From NCBI GenBank assembly GCA_002730525.1, contig PCAK01000005.1, positions 1,280 to 65,279 of the forward strand: a DNA stretch of 64,000 nt, given 5' to 3'. Positions 20,340-30,394 of the stretch are shown in pieces. Position 1 is the first letter of the stretch, and every line of letters starts with the position of its first letter. The notes beneath the pieces are model-generated. The model was not told where the DNA came from, made no database searches, and worked only from the letters and a program-made list of their open reading frames with translations. The position numbers were made by a program, and so were the translations under genes. The stretch is from Acidobacteriota bacterium. Lineage in GTDB: Bacteria > Acidobacteriota > Vicinamibacteria > Vicinamibacterales > UBA823.

Positions 20340-20507
20340 CGCCCCCGCGTGGTTGTGAATCAGCGAGCGGCTGGTCTTATGCTCGCCCGTCAACGACACC
20401 CCTATCTTTGATCAGAACGGTGGCGCGGCCGACGCCGCAGCCCGCCTGAACTTCCGGTCCACGGCGGCCGTCTAACTTCCGACAGCCACATCCCACGGGA
20501 GACGCTG

Positions 20508-21070
20508 ATGGCCCTCACTCACGACCTACGCTACGTCCTGCGGAGCCTCTGGCACCACCGCACGCTGACCGCCACCGCGGTGCTGACCCTGGCACTCGGG
20601 ATCGGCGCCAACACCACGCTCTTCAGCGTCGTCAACGCGGTGCTGCTGCGACCGCTTCCGCTCGCGGACGCCGACCGCCTGGCCGTCATCTGGTGCTGCT
20701 CGGGTTGTTCGCCGGCCTGGCCGCCGTCCTCGCAGCGGTCGGGATCTATGGGGTGATCGCATACGTGGTGGGCCGGCGAACCTCCGAGATCGGCCTGCGC
20801 ATGGCCTTGGGCGCCACGCCGGGCGGCATCACCCGCCTGGTGATTGGCGAGGCGATGTCGCCCGTGACGCTCGGACTGGCGATCGGCCTGGGCGTATCCG
20901 CCGTGGCGAGCCGCGCCCTGACTAGCCTGCTGTTCGGCGTGCAGCCGCTCGACCCGGTGACCTTCGTCGGGGTCGCCGCGACCCTGGCGGCGATCGCGGC
21001 TGCGGCCTGCTACCTGCCGGCCCGCAGCGCGAGCACCGTGGATCCCGCCGACGCGCTCAGAGATATATAG
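20508..21070 (+). pseudogene. ADOP/MacB-type ABC permease with large internal deletion
   Basis: N-terminus (DLRY..LTLALGIGANT..VNAVLLRPLP) joined out of frame at ~20693 to the last FtsX domain (GIYGV..RRTSEIGLRMALGA..PARSA..VDPADALR). Confidence 0.85.
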
Positions 21071-21090
21071 GGCAGTCCTTCAGGGCTGCC
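21067..21090. repeat. REP-like palindrome between convergent genes
   Basis: ATAG-GGCAGTCCT-TC-AGGGCTGCC hairpin resembling GTAG-family REPs. Confidence 0.45.
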
Positions 21091-21118
21091 TGGCCGAGCG
21101 AAGCGAAGGCCTCTCTGC

Positions 21119-22405
21119 CTAGTTCGTCGTCTCGCCCTGTAGCTCCGCGGCGATCCGCTCGACTTCTCGCAGCACGCGCTGCAGGTTGCCGCTCCAGAGT
21201 TGCGCGATCTCCGCTTCGCTGTAGCCCCGACGCACCAGCTCAAGCGTTACGTTGAACGTCTCGCTCGCGTCGTTCCACCCGACGATCCCGCCGCCACCGT
21301 CGAAGTCCGAGCTGATGCCGACATGGTCGATGCCGATCAACTGCACGGCATGGTCGATGTGATCGACGAAGTCCTGCACGTTGGCCGGCGGCCACTGCTC
21401 GTCCAGCTCGGCCATGCGGGCGTCATAGGCGGCCCGCTGCTCGTCGTCGAGCGCACGCACCCCGCCAAAGCCCTCGATGCCCATCTCCTCGCGCAGCGCG
21501 GCGATCGCGTCCTGCTTCTCCTGCGGCGCCGACTTCACGAACCCGCCAAGGGCGACGGTCTGCATGACGCCGCCGTTGTCGCGGAGCGCCAGCAACTGCT
21601 CGTCGTCCATGTTGCGGGCGTGATCGTTGATGGCGACCGTGCTCGAGTGCGAAGCGATGACGGGCGCGACCGACGCGGCGGTGGCATCGAGCATCGACTG
21701 CTTCGAAACGTGCGAAATATCCACCATGATGCCGAGGCGATTCATTTCGGCGACGACCTCCTCGCCGAACTCGCTCAGCCCATCGTGCTCCGACTCGGGC
21801 TCGTCCGCGCGCGGCGTGGCCGAGTCGGCGATGTCGTTGTGCCCGCCGTGGGCCAGGGTGATGTAGCGCGCACCCAGCTCGTGATACGTCTCGAGCAGCG
21901 ACAGGTCCTTGCCGATCACATAGCCGTTCTCGATGCCGATCATCGCCACCAGCTTGCCACTCGCGTGGATGCGATCGACGTCGTCGGCCGTGTAGGCCAG
22001 CTCGATCTCGTCCGGATACATTTCCTCGGTCATCCGATGGATGGCGTTGAACTTCGTCATCGCGTCGGCCTTCGCCTGCTCGTAGTTCTCGGGCGTGCGC
22101 TCGGTCTGGCCGACGAAGACAATGAAGTACCCGACGTCGAGCAGGCCCTCACGCATCTTGGGCAGATCGACCTTGCGATCGCCCCTGACGCCGGGGTCGA
22201 CTTCCTCGGTCGCGAAGTTGAACGGAATGTCGTCGTGCGTGTCGATCGTCAGCACGCGCTCGTGGATGCCTTGCGCCAACTCGACGATCTCCGCTTCGGT
22301 CGGCTCGGCGGCCACCTCGGCCTGCTCTCCGCCGCCACCGCCACACGCCCACCCGCCTACCGCCAGCGCCAGCACACTCGCGACGATCAACCATTTACGA
22401 AACAT
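21119..22405 (-). CDS. M19 membrane dipeptidase, lipoprotein
   Basis: IDTHDD, GIENG, DISH, ASHS, GISSDFDGGG; signal ending GWAC. Confidence 0.92.
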   Translation of the reverse strand: MFRKWLIVASVLALAVGGWACGGGGGEQAEVAAEPTEAEIVELAQGIHERVLTIDTHDDIPFNFATEEVDPGVRGDRKVDLPKMREGLLDVGYFIVFVGQTERTPENYEQAKADAMTKFNAIHRMTEEMYPDEIELAYTADDVDRIHASGKLVAMIGIENGYVIGKDLSLLETYHELGARYITLAHGGHNDIADSATPRADEPESEHDGLSEFGEEVVAEMNRLGIMVDISHVSKQSMLDATAASVAPVIASHSSTVAINDHARNMDDEQLLALRDNGGVMQTVALGGFVKSAPQEKQDAIAALREEMGIEGFGGVRALDDEQRAAYDARMAELDEQWPPANVQDFVDHIDHAVQLIGIDHVGISSDFDGGGGIVGWNDASETFNVTLELVRRGYSEAEIAQLWSGNLQRVLREVERIAAELQGETTN

Positions 22406-22511
22406 GACACCCTCCCCCACGGTCCTTGTGACACCGATATGCATCTGACTCAGAGAATCGCGCGCGGCGGGCAGAACACCCGCCGCACGCACCACTGTCT
22501 CACGCCGACGG

Positions 22512-23837
22512 TTAGGCGGCCGCCGTCATGTAGTTCCCGGAATTCGCTGCGATGTGGCGGACGCCCTCGAGCAGCCGATCCACCTCGTGCGGCATGTTGT
22601 AGAAGTGCGTCGACGCACGCACCCCGTTCAGGTTGCCGGTCCCCATCGTCCGGATGTGGACCCTGAACTCGTCGAACAGCGCCCGGACGACGTTGGCCAT
22701 CGGAATGTCGTGCACGGAGAACAACGTCAGGCCGGCACTCAGACCGCGATCGGTCGAGGTCCAGAGATGCACTCCGGGAATCTCCTCCAGCCCGGCCCGC
22801 AGGCGGCTGCTGAGTTGGCGATCCCGCTCCTCGATGTTCCGCTTGCCGATCGTGTCCTGCAGGTCCACCGCGTCCCCCATCCCGAGCAGCGACGGGACGT
22901 TGCGCTGCCCCACCGACTCGTAGCGGTTCGCGGTCGCGCCTTCACGTGGAGGTCCGCCCATGAGCGGCCAGATCTGATCTTGCACGTCGCGCTTGACGTA
23001 GCAGACACCGGTGCCGCCGCCCGCGAGCAACCACTTCTGCCCTGCGCCCGAGTAGTGATCGCAGCCCATCGCGTGGAAGTCGAGATCGAGCATCCCGAGC
23101 GGGTGCGCCCCGTCGACCGACACGAGGACGCCGTGGCGGTGCGCCATCTCGGAGAGCAGCTTGATCGGCGTCATGAGCCCGGTCACGTAGGTGATGTGGC
23201 TCACCATGATGGCGCGGGTGCGCGACGTGATCGCCCGCTCGTAGAGGTCGACGATCTGCTCCTGACTCTCCGGCGGCGCCGGGATGTCGATGACGTTGAT
23301 GTTGATGCCCCGCCGCTCCATGAGCGAGAGGTACGGCCCGCGGCCGCCGCCGTGCTCGTGCGAGTTCATCAGCGCTTCGTCGCCCTGGCGCCAGTCGAGC
23401 CCGTGCGCGAAGATGTTCATCCCTTCGGAGGTACTGCGCGTCAACGCAATTTCCTCGGGGTCGGCCCCGACGAAGGGCGCGACCTTCGCGCGCGCCTCGT
23501 TGATGTCGTCGCGACGATAGTTGTCGGACGGGTCCTCGGCGATTTCCCGAAGGATCTTCTCGTTCTTCTCCAGCACGACCCGAGACATCGGCCCCTGCGT
23601 CCCGTTATTCATGAAGGCCAGACCGTCCACGATGTTGAACTGCGACCGGACTTTCCACCAGTAGGCTTCGTCGACCATCCCGCCGGGACGGAGCTCGGCG
23701 AGCGGAAGCGCCGGCGTCGGGCGCTGCCCGGCCTCGGCGCGCGCGCCAAACAGGCCGGTGGAGACTCCGCCGACCGCCGCGGCCGCGGAGGTACCTAGAA
23801 ACCGCCGACGTGACAATCGTGATCCCTGACTGCTCAT
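22512..23837 (-). CDS. Tat-exported class V PLP-dependent enzyme (isopenicillin N epimerase/cysteine desulfurase-like)
   Basis: SRRRFLG twin-arginine signal, MNNGTQGP, VDGAH, GQKWL (PLP lysine), RASTHFYN; GAGGAGG RBS. Confidence 0.88.
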   Translation of the reverse strand: MSSQGSRLSRRRFLGTSAAAAVGGVSTGLFGARAEAGQRPTPALPLAELRPGGMVDEAYWWKVRSQFNIVDGLAFMNNGTQGPMSRVVLEKNEKILREIAEDPSDNYRRDDINEARAKVAPFVGADPEEIALTRSTSEGMNIFAHGLDWRQGDEALMNSHEHGGGRGPYLSLMERRGININVIDIPAPPESQEQIVDLYERAITSRTRAIMVSHITYVTGLMTPIKLLSEMAHRHGVLVSVDGAHPLGMLDLDFHAMGCDHYSGAGQKWLLAGGGTGVCYVKRDVQDQIWPLMGGPPREGATANRYESVGQRNVPSLLGMGDAVDLQDTIGKRNIEERDRQLSSRLRAGLEEIPGVHLWTSTDRGLSAGLTLFSVHDIPMANVVRALFDEFRVHIRTMGTGNLNGVRASTHFYNMPHEVDRLLEGVRHIAANSGNYMTAAA

Positions 23838-24057
23838 CGCCCCCTCCTCGACCGTGTGGCGCGTCGATCCTGCGTCGGCGAATGCCTCACAATCCCGAGC
23901 ACCGCCAAACGCCCACATCATGCCACGATCATGTGGCCGAGGCCATGAGAAAGCCGGCCGCGTCGTGCGGCCGCGCGCATTGCCGTGATAGAGTGAAAAA
24001 CCTGCTGAATTCGGGCGTTCCGAACGGGGATCGCCAGCGTTCATCCAGGCCGCGTCC

Positions 24058-25319
24058 ATGCGCCTGTTCATGCCCCCCCCCCCGCCACGACTCGGGCGTC
24101 TCACACGAACCGTCGCGCTGCTCATCTGCGCTGGCCCGCTGAGCGCGACCTCGGTCGTGGCCCAAGCGGACCAGGGGATCACGCGGCAAGCGGCGCTACT
24201 CGCTCAGCGGGAAGCCAAACGGGACACCCTGGCCCCCGAGCGGGTGTCGCAGACCGAAGAGCGGGTCCGGGCGTTCGAGACCTTGCGTCTCCCCAGAGCG
24301 ATCTTCGTCAAGGGTTTCAACGGCCTCCGGCCGGTCCTCGGCGGGTTGCCGGGCGGATCGGGCTTCGTCTTCGGCGGGGGCTACATCAACAGCCTGAACC
24401 GCCGCGCCTACGAGTTCACGACCGACGCGCGGTATTCCACGCTCGGTTACAAGCAGGCCGACATCAACGTCGTATTCCCGAACGAACGCAGCACGTCTCC
24501 CGTCAGCGCGGGACTCCGGGCCGAGTACAGGGACTTCACCGAACTGAACTACTTCGGCCTCGGCACCGGATCGTCGGTCGACGATCGCGCGTTCTATCGC
24601 ATCGAAGACCGGACGATGGGCGCCGACGTCACCTTCAACTCCGAGGTGTTCGACGCCGGGGCGACCGTCGGGCTCTGGAACGGCCGCATCGACTCGGGTT
24701 CGCGACTCCCGTCACTCGAGGACGAGTTCGACCCCTCGAACACACCTGGCTTCGAGATGCAGCCGGACTTCCTGCGCTACGGTGCGCACGCCATCGTCAC
24801 GCTGCTCGATGGCGGCCTCCCCCCCCGGTCGGCTTGACGGTTCGGCTCGACGCCGAGCGCTTCGACGATCGTGAGACGGGCGCGTTCGACTTCACACGGA
24901 TCGCCGCCGAACTGCGGGCGCAGGTGCCGCTGGGGCTTCGCAACCGGATTCTCGCCTTCCGGATGCGGACGTCGAACGCCACGGCCGATGCCGGAGCGGA
25001 GGTGCCCTTCTACCTGATGGAAACGATCGGCCGTGCGCAGTCGCTGCGCGGGTGCAGGGAGTACCGGTTCCGCGACGCCCGCAATCTGCTGATGAATCTC
25101 GAGTATCGGTGGGAGGTCTGGACTTACATAGACTTCGCGGTGTTCGCCGACGCGGGCAAGGTCTTCTCCGCCGCCGACGACTTCGGGTTTGACGACCTGC
25201 ACACAGGCTACGGCTTCGGCATCCGCACGCATTCGCCGAACAACACCGTCTTCCGGATCGATTTCAGCCGGAGCCGCGAGGGCTTCGTGCTACACATCGG
25301 AGGCGGCCCGACGTTCTAG
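24058..25319 (+). pseudogene. Omp85/BamA-TamA-type beta-barrel (no POTRA recognised), frameshifted at C8 tract 24819-24826
   Basis: Signal peptide, GSGFVFG, LRGxREYRFRD (RGY/F loop), FADAGKV, C-terminal GPTF; the two ORFs join with one extra C. Confidence 0.8.
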
Positions 25320-25326
25320 GCCGGAG

Positions 25327-26238
25327 ATGATGCTGAAAAAGCCAGGTCCCTCGCTCGGCCGACCGCTGTTCGTGATTGCGCTCGCGATCGCGCTGACGGC
25401 GCCAGTCTCGGCCCAGGAGCGGAAGTTCTATCCTGACGATCCGCTGCGGGTCGATCGCGACACGCTCGACACGCCCGAGCCGGCCGAGATCGAACTGAGC
25501 GACATGTACGATCGGTTCGGCCATATCTTCGCCGAGTTGGGCACGGCCCAACCCGTCGAGGCGGCAAACGCGAACACCGTCGACGAGGTGCCCGACAGTT
25601 CCTGGTTCACGAACCGGCTCCTGAATAGGGTCGGCCGCACGAACGGGCTGCTTCGGGTGACGGCGAGCAAGTACCTCCCCGGGCTCCCGATCGGACCGTT
25701 CCGGTACTTCGGCACGCGGAGCGACGACCCGAACGACATCGTGCCGCATGAACATCGCCGGGAGTTGCGCGGCCTGCGGGTCTTCGCCGCCTGGCTGAAC
25801 CACGACGACACGCGCGCCCACAACACGCAGGATGCCTGGGTCGAGGAGGACGGACGCCACTACATCCGTCACTACATGATGAATCCGCTCGACGGGTTCG
25901 CCGTCTCCGACGGCGCGCTGACCTTCGCGAATCTGTCTGAGTTCAACGGCTACGCCGAGCCCGGCGCGAGCTACCAGGTGGCCTGGTCGATCCACGACGA
26001 CGGCGATCAATCGGTGACGCCCGTTGCCGCGTCGACGACGCACGAAGACCCGTCGGTGCCGATTCCGTCCGTGGCCGGCATTGGCGGCGAGCGATTCCTC
26101 GTGGTCGTAATCCGGACCGAGCACCCTGAACATTCCGCGTGGCGCGAACCAGTGACGGTCTACCTCCGTGGGACGGACGCTGGCCTGACCGTCGTCGGTA
26201 TCGACCGCGTCTCGGCCCCGCTGGCGCCGATGGAATAG
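25327..26238 (+). CDS. Secreted protein with atypical-kinase-like catalytic loop, apparently internally deleted
   Basis: Signal peptide, FYPDDP, DEVPDSSWFTNR, GTRSDDPND..HEHRRELRGLRVFAAWLNHDDTRAHNT. Confidence 0.6.
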   Translation: MMLKKPGPSLGRPLFVIALAIALTAPVSAQERKFYPDDPLRVDRDTLDTPEPAEIELSDMYDRFGHIFAELGTAQPVEAANANTVDEVPDSSWFTNRLLNRVGRTNGLLRVTASKYLPGLPIGPFRYFGTRSDDPNDIVPHEHRRELRGLRVFAAWLNHDDTRAHNTQDAWVEEDGRHYIRHYMMNPLDGFAVSDGALTFANLSEFNGYAEPGASYQVAWSIHDDGDQSVTPVAASTTHEDPSVPIPSVAGIGGERFLVVVIRTEHPEHSAWREPVTVYLRGTDAGLTVVGIDRVSAPLAPME

Positions 26239-26241
26239 CTT

Positions 26242-27735
26242 ATGCCTCTCCTCGGTATCGACATCGGCACCGGCGGCAGTCGCGCACTCGTCATCGACGA
26301 TGCGGGCTCCGTCCTCGCCTCGGCCACCGAAGAGCACGCCGACTTCGCGTCGCCCGAGACCGGCTGGGCCGAGCAATCCCCCGACGACTGGTGGCGCGCC
26401 AGTCGGCTGGCCGTCGGCACGGCGCTCGATGCCGCATCCTGCGCGGCCAGCGATGTGCGCGGTGTCGGCCTTTCCGGCCAGATGCACGGCGCTGTCCTCC
26501 TCGACGCCGCCGACTCGGTCGTCAGACCGGCGCTCCTCTGGTGCGACCAGCGGACCCAGGCTGAATGCGACTGGCTCACGGAAACGATCGGGCGCCGCCG
26601 CTTGATCGAACTCACGTCGAATCCGGCGCTGACTGGCTTCACGCTGCCGAAACTGCTCTGGGTTCGAACCCACGAACCGAAGCTGTGGGAGCGGGTGCGG
26701 AGCGTCCTGCTTCCCAAAGACTACGTCCGGTTCAGACTGAGCGGCGAGCGCGCGACCGACATGGCGGACGCCTCGGGCACCTTGCTGCTCGACGTGGCGC
26801 ACCGGCGCTGGTCGTCGGAGATGCTCGACGCCACCGGCGTCGACTCGTCGATGCTGCCGACGCTCCATGAAGGCCCGGACATCACCGGCCGGTTGTCCGC
26901 CGACGCGGCCGCCGAGATCGGCCTCGCCGCAGGAACGCCGGTCGTTGCCGGCGGCGGCGACCAGTCGGCCGGCGCGGTCGGTATGGGCATCATCAGGCCC
27001 GGCGCGGTGAGTGCGACGATCGGCACCTCCGGCGTCGTCTTCGCCGCAACCGATGTGCCCGCCCTCGACCCGGAGGGCCGGATCCACACCTTCTGCCACG
27101 CCGTGCCCGGACGGTGGCACGTGATGGGCGTCACGCAGGCAGCCGGCCTTTCGCTCCGCTGGTTCCGGGATCGCTTCGGGGCTGGTGACGACGGCCGCGA
27201 CCCCTACGACCGCCTCGCCGACGAAGCTGCCGCAGCGCCGGCCGGCAGCGATGGTGTCCTCTGGGCGCCGTATCTCATGGGCGAGCGGACGCCACACGTC
27301 GACGCCAACGCCCGCGCCGCGCTGGTCGGTCTCGCCGCCGCGCACGGGCGCGCCCATGTCATCCGTGCGATTCTCGAAGGCGTGGCGTTCAGCCTCCGCG
27401 ACTCGTTCACGATCCTCGACGCGATGGACGTTCCGGTCACCGAGATTCGGCTCGGCGGCGGCGGCGCCCGATCGCCACTCTGGCGGCAGGTGCAGGCCGA
27501 CGTCTATCACCACCAGGTCACCACGCTGGCGGCCGAAGAGGGCGCAGCCTACGGCGCCGCGCTGCTCGCAGGCGTCGGCACCGGCGTCTGGGCGACGGTC
27601 GATGAGGCGTGCGATGCCGCCGTCGCCATCGCCGACCGGATCGATCCGAACGTGGCGGATGCCGCCGTGCTCGACCGACACTACGCGCGGTATCGCGCGC
27701 TCTACCCCGCCATCACCCAGGTACTGAACTCATGA
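26242..27735 (+). CDS. xylB: Xylulokinase
   Basis: [33 protein letters not shown]; overlaps the xylA start. Confidence 0.93.
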   Translation: MPLLGIDIGTGGSRALVIDDAGSVLASATEEHADFASPETGWAEQSPDDWWRASRLAVGTALDAASCAASDVRGVGLSGQMHGAVLLDAADSVVRPALLWCDQRTQAECDWLTETIGRRRLIELTSNPALTGFTLPKLLWVRTHEPKLWERVRSVLLPKDYVRFRLSGERATDMADASGTLLLDVAHRRWSSEMLDATGVDSSMLPTLHEGPDITGRLSADAAAEIGLAAGTPVVAGGGDQSAGAVGMGIIRPGAVSATIGTSGVVFAATDVPALDPEGRIHTFCHAVPGRWHVMGVTQAAGLSLRWFRDRFGAGDDGRDPYDRLADEAAAAPAGSDGVLWAPYLMGERTPHVDANARAALVGLAAAHGRAHVIRAILEGVAFSLRDSFTILDAMDVPVTEIRLGGGGARSPLWRQVQADVYHHQVTTLAAEEGAAYGAALLAGVGTGVWATVDEACDAAVAIADRIDPNVADAAVLDRHYARYRALYPAITQVLNS

Positions 27736-28898
27736 CCAACGACTACACCCCACGGCCCGAGCAGAAGTTCTCCTTCGGTCTCTGGACGGTCGGCAACCGT
27801 GGCCGCGACCCATTCGGCGACGCGGTGCGACCACCGGTGAAGCCGACTGAGCTGGTCCGATGGCTCGGTGAGGCCGGCGCCTGGGGGGTCAACCTGCACG
27901 ACAACGACCTGGTTCCGATCGACGCCTCGGCCGCGGACCGCGATCGGATCGTCGCCGAGTTCAAACAGGCCTGCGCCGACCACGGCGTCGTCACCTCGAT
28001 GGTCTCGGCGAACCTCTTCTTCGATCCGGTCTTTCGCGACGGCGCGTTCACGTCGAACGACCCGGCCGTTCGCGCCTACGCGCTGCAGAAGACGCTGCGC
28101 GCGATGGATCTCGGGGCCGAACTGGGTGCGAAGACCTACGTCGTCTGGGGTGGCCGCGAAGGCACCGAGACCGACGCCTGCCGCCGGCCCGACGCGGCGG
28201 CGAAGCGGCTACGCGACGCGATCGACTACGCCTGCGACTACTCGATCGCGAACGGCTACGGCTACCGCGTGGCGCTCGAAGCGAAGCCAAATGAACCGCG
28301 CGGCGACATCTACTTCCCGACGACCGGCGCCTACCTCGGGTTCATACCGACGCTGGCGCACCCAGAAATGGTCGGCGTCAACCCCGAGGTCGCGCACGAG
28401 CATATGGCCGGCCTGAATATGACGCACGCCGTCGCGCAGGCCTGGGAAGCCGGCAAGCTGTTCCATATCGATCTGAACGACCAGGTGATCAGCCGCTACG
28501 ACCAGGACTTCCGTTTCGCCGCGGCGAATCCGAAGGCGGCGTTCTTCCTGGTGAAGTTCCTCGAGGACGTCGGCTACGACAACCCGCGGCACTTCGACGC
28601 GCATGCCTACCGGACCGAGGATGACGAAGGTGTCCGCGACTTCGCGCGCGGCTGCATGCGGACCTACATGATTCTCAAGGAGAAAGCGGCGCGCTGGAAC
28701 GCCGACGCGGAGATTCAGAGCATTCTCGAGGAGATCGCCGCCGACCGGCCTGGCGTCCCGACCGTCGAGAAGCATTCGAAGGCGCACGCCGAGGCGTTGC
28801 TGGCGTACGACTTCGACCGGAAGGCGATCGGCACGCGCCGTCTCCCCTACGAGAAGCTGGATCAGCTGACGATCGAAATCCTGCTCGGCGCGAGGTAG
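27732..28898 (+). CDS. xylA: Xylose isomerase (short Streptomyces/Thermus-type)
   Basis: [47 protein letters not shown]. Confidence 0.95.
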   Translation: MTNDYTPRPEQKFSFGLWTVGNRGRDPFGDAVRPPVKPTELVRWLGEAGAWGVNLHDNDLVPIDASAADRDRIVAEFKQACADHGVVTSMVSANLFFDPVFRDGAFTSNDPAVRAYALQKTLRAMDLGAELGAKTYVVWGGREGTETDACRRPDAAAKRLRDAIDYACDYSIANGYGYRVALEAKPNEPRGDIYFPTTGAYLGFIPTLAHPEMVGVNPEVAHEHMAGLNMTHAVAQAWEAGKLFHIDLNDQVISRYDQDFRFAAANPKAAFFLVKFLEDVGYDNPRHFDAHAYRTEDDEGVRDFARGCMRTYMILKEKAARWNADAEIQSILEEIAADRPGVPTVEKHSKAHAEALLAYDFDRKAIGTRRLPYEKLDQLTIEILLGAR

Positions 28899-28921
28899 GT
28901 GACGAAAGCCGCCTCAGCTGC

Positions 28922-28994
28922 GGTGGCGCGGCGGATAGCCCCGCGAGCGGGGCTATCCGCCGCGCCCTTCGCATCCTTGCAGGGATGCGCCACC
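28922..28994. repeat. Perfect 20-bp inverted repeat plus second hairpin (REP-like element or terminator)
   Basis: GGCGCGGCGGATAGCCCCGC (28925-28944) / GCGGGGCTATCCGCCGCGCC (28947-28966); CGCATCCTT-GC-AGGGATGCG (28970-28989). Confidence 0.75.
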
Positions 28995-29021
28995 ACAGTC
29001 CGTTCATCGCGTACGACGCGG

Positions 29022-29027
29022 TATAAT
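29022..29027 (+). promoter_or_regulatory. Putative -10 hexamer for the kinase gene
   Basis: TATAAT 13 nt before the ATG at 29041. Confidence 0.45.
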
Positions 29028-29040
29028 CGCGCCGTTTTCT

Positions 29041-30375
29041 ATGCCTCTTTCCATCAGCACCCGGCTCGGACTGTACGAGGTCGTTTCCGCCATCGGTGCG
29101 GGCGGCATGGGCGAAGTCTACCGCGCCCGGGATACGAAGCTGAACCGCGACGTCGCGCTCAAGGTCCTGCCCGACTTGTTCGCCAGCGACCCAGACCGAC
29201 TCAGTCGCTTCAAGCGCGAGGCGCAGGTCCTGGCGTCGCTCAACCATCCGAACATCGCCCAGATTCACGGCTTCGAGGAAGACCCGGTCACCGGCGCTGC
29301 CGCGCTCGTCCTGGAGTACGTCGATGGGCAGACGCTGGAGGAGATGACCGACGCGTCGCCACTCCCGGTGGACGACACGCTGCCGATCGCGATCCAGATC
29401 GCCGAGGCGCTCGAAGCGGCGCACGAGAAGGGGATCGTCCACCGCGATCTGAAGCCAGCGAACGTCAAGGTGACACCCGACGGCACCGTCAAGGTCCTCA
29501 ACTTCGGATTGGCGAAGGCGTTGCAGGACGAGCCATCGCCAGAGGAGGCGGCTAGCTCTCCCACGATGACCGAGGCGGCGACACGCGCCGGGATCATCCT
29601 TGGAACAGCCGCCTACATGAGCCCGGAGCAGGCGCGCGGCAGGCCGGTCGACCGGCGGATCGACAACTGGGCGTTCGGTTGCGTTCTCTATGAGTTGCTG
29701 GCAGGAACGCAGGCTTATTCAGGTGACACGGTCTCGGACATCGTCGCTTCGGTTCTCACGAAACAGCCCGACTGGTCGGCGCTGCCGCCGCTGTCGGCGG
29801 GCGTGACGAAGCTCCTGAGGCGCTGCCTGGAAAAGGACGCCAAGCGGCGTCTCCAGCACATCGGCGACGCGCGCCTGGAGCTCGAGGACGCGCGGACGGC
29901 GGAGCTGGAAGGCGGCGCGCACGTGGTCGACACCTGCACGATCGCCCTGGGAGAGTGCGACATTCTCGCCGTCTCGGCGAACAGTGGAACTCCGCGGCCG
30001 TTGCTCGCCACGGACGACAACGAGGCGCTCCCGGCCGTCTCGCCGAACGGCCGCTGGATGGCCTACGCCTCGGACGTCACCGGCCAGTCCGAGATCTGGG
30101 CGAGGCCGTACGCCGAGGATGGCGCGCCGGTCCGGATCTCCACCGACGATGGCACGGATCCGCTCTGGAGCGCCGAACTGGCCGACCCGGACCGGCTGGA
30201 GTTCAGCTCACCGGAACGGCTGTTCGAGTCGCCGGGCATCCATCCGGAGGAACACTCGTACGACGTCCTCCCGGATGGTCGGTTCGTCATGCTCGAGCCG
30301 CGGGACGTCACGACGGAGCAGCCGTTCACGGTCATCGTCAACTGGATCGACACGCTCGGGCAGCCGGTGCCCTAG
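29041..30375 (+). pseudogene. Hanks-type Ser/Thr kinase with residual PD40/TolB tail, degenerate
   Basis: IGAGGMGEVY, VALK, HRDLKPAN, YMSPEQ, but NFG replaces DFG; no TM helix and only one SPNGRWMAY repeat. Confidence 0.75.
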
Positions 30376-30394
30376 CGGACAATCTCGTCACGGC

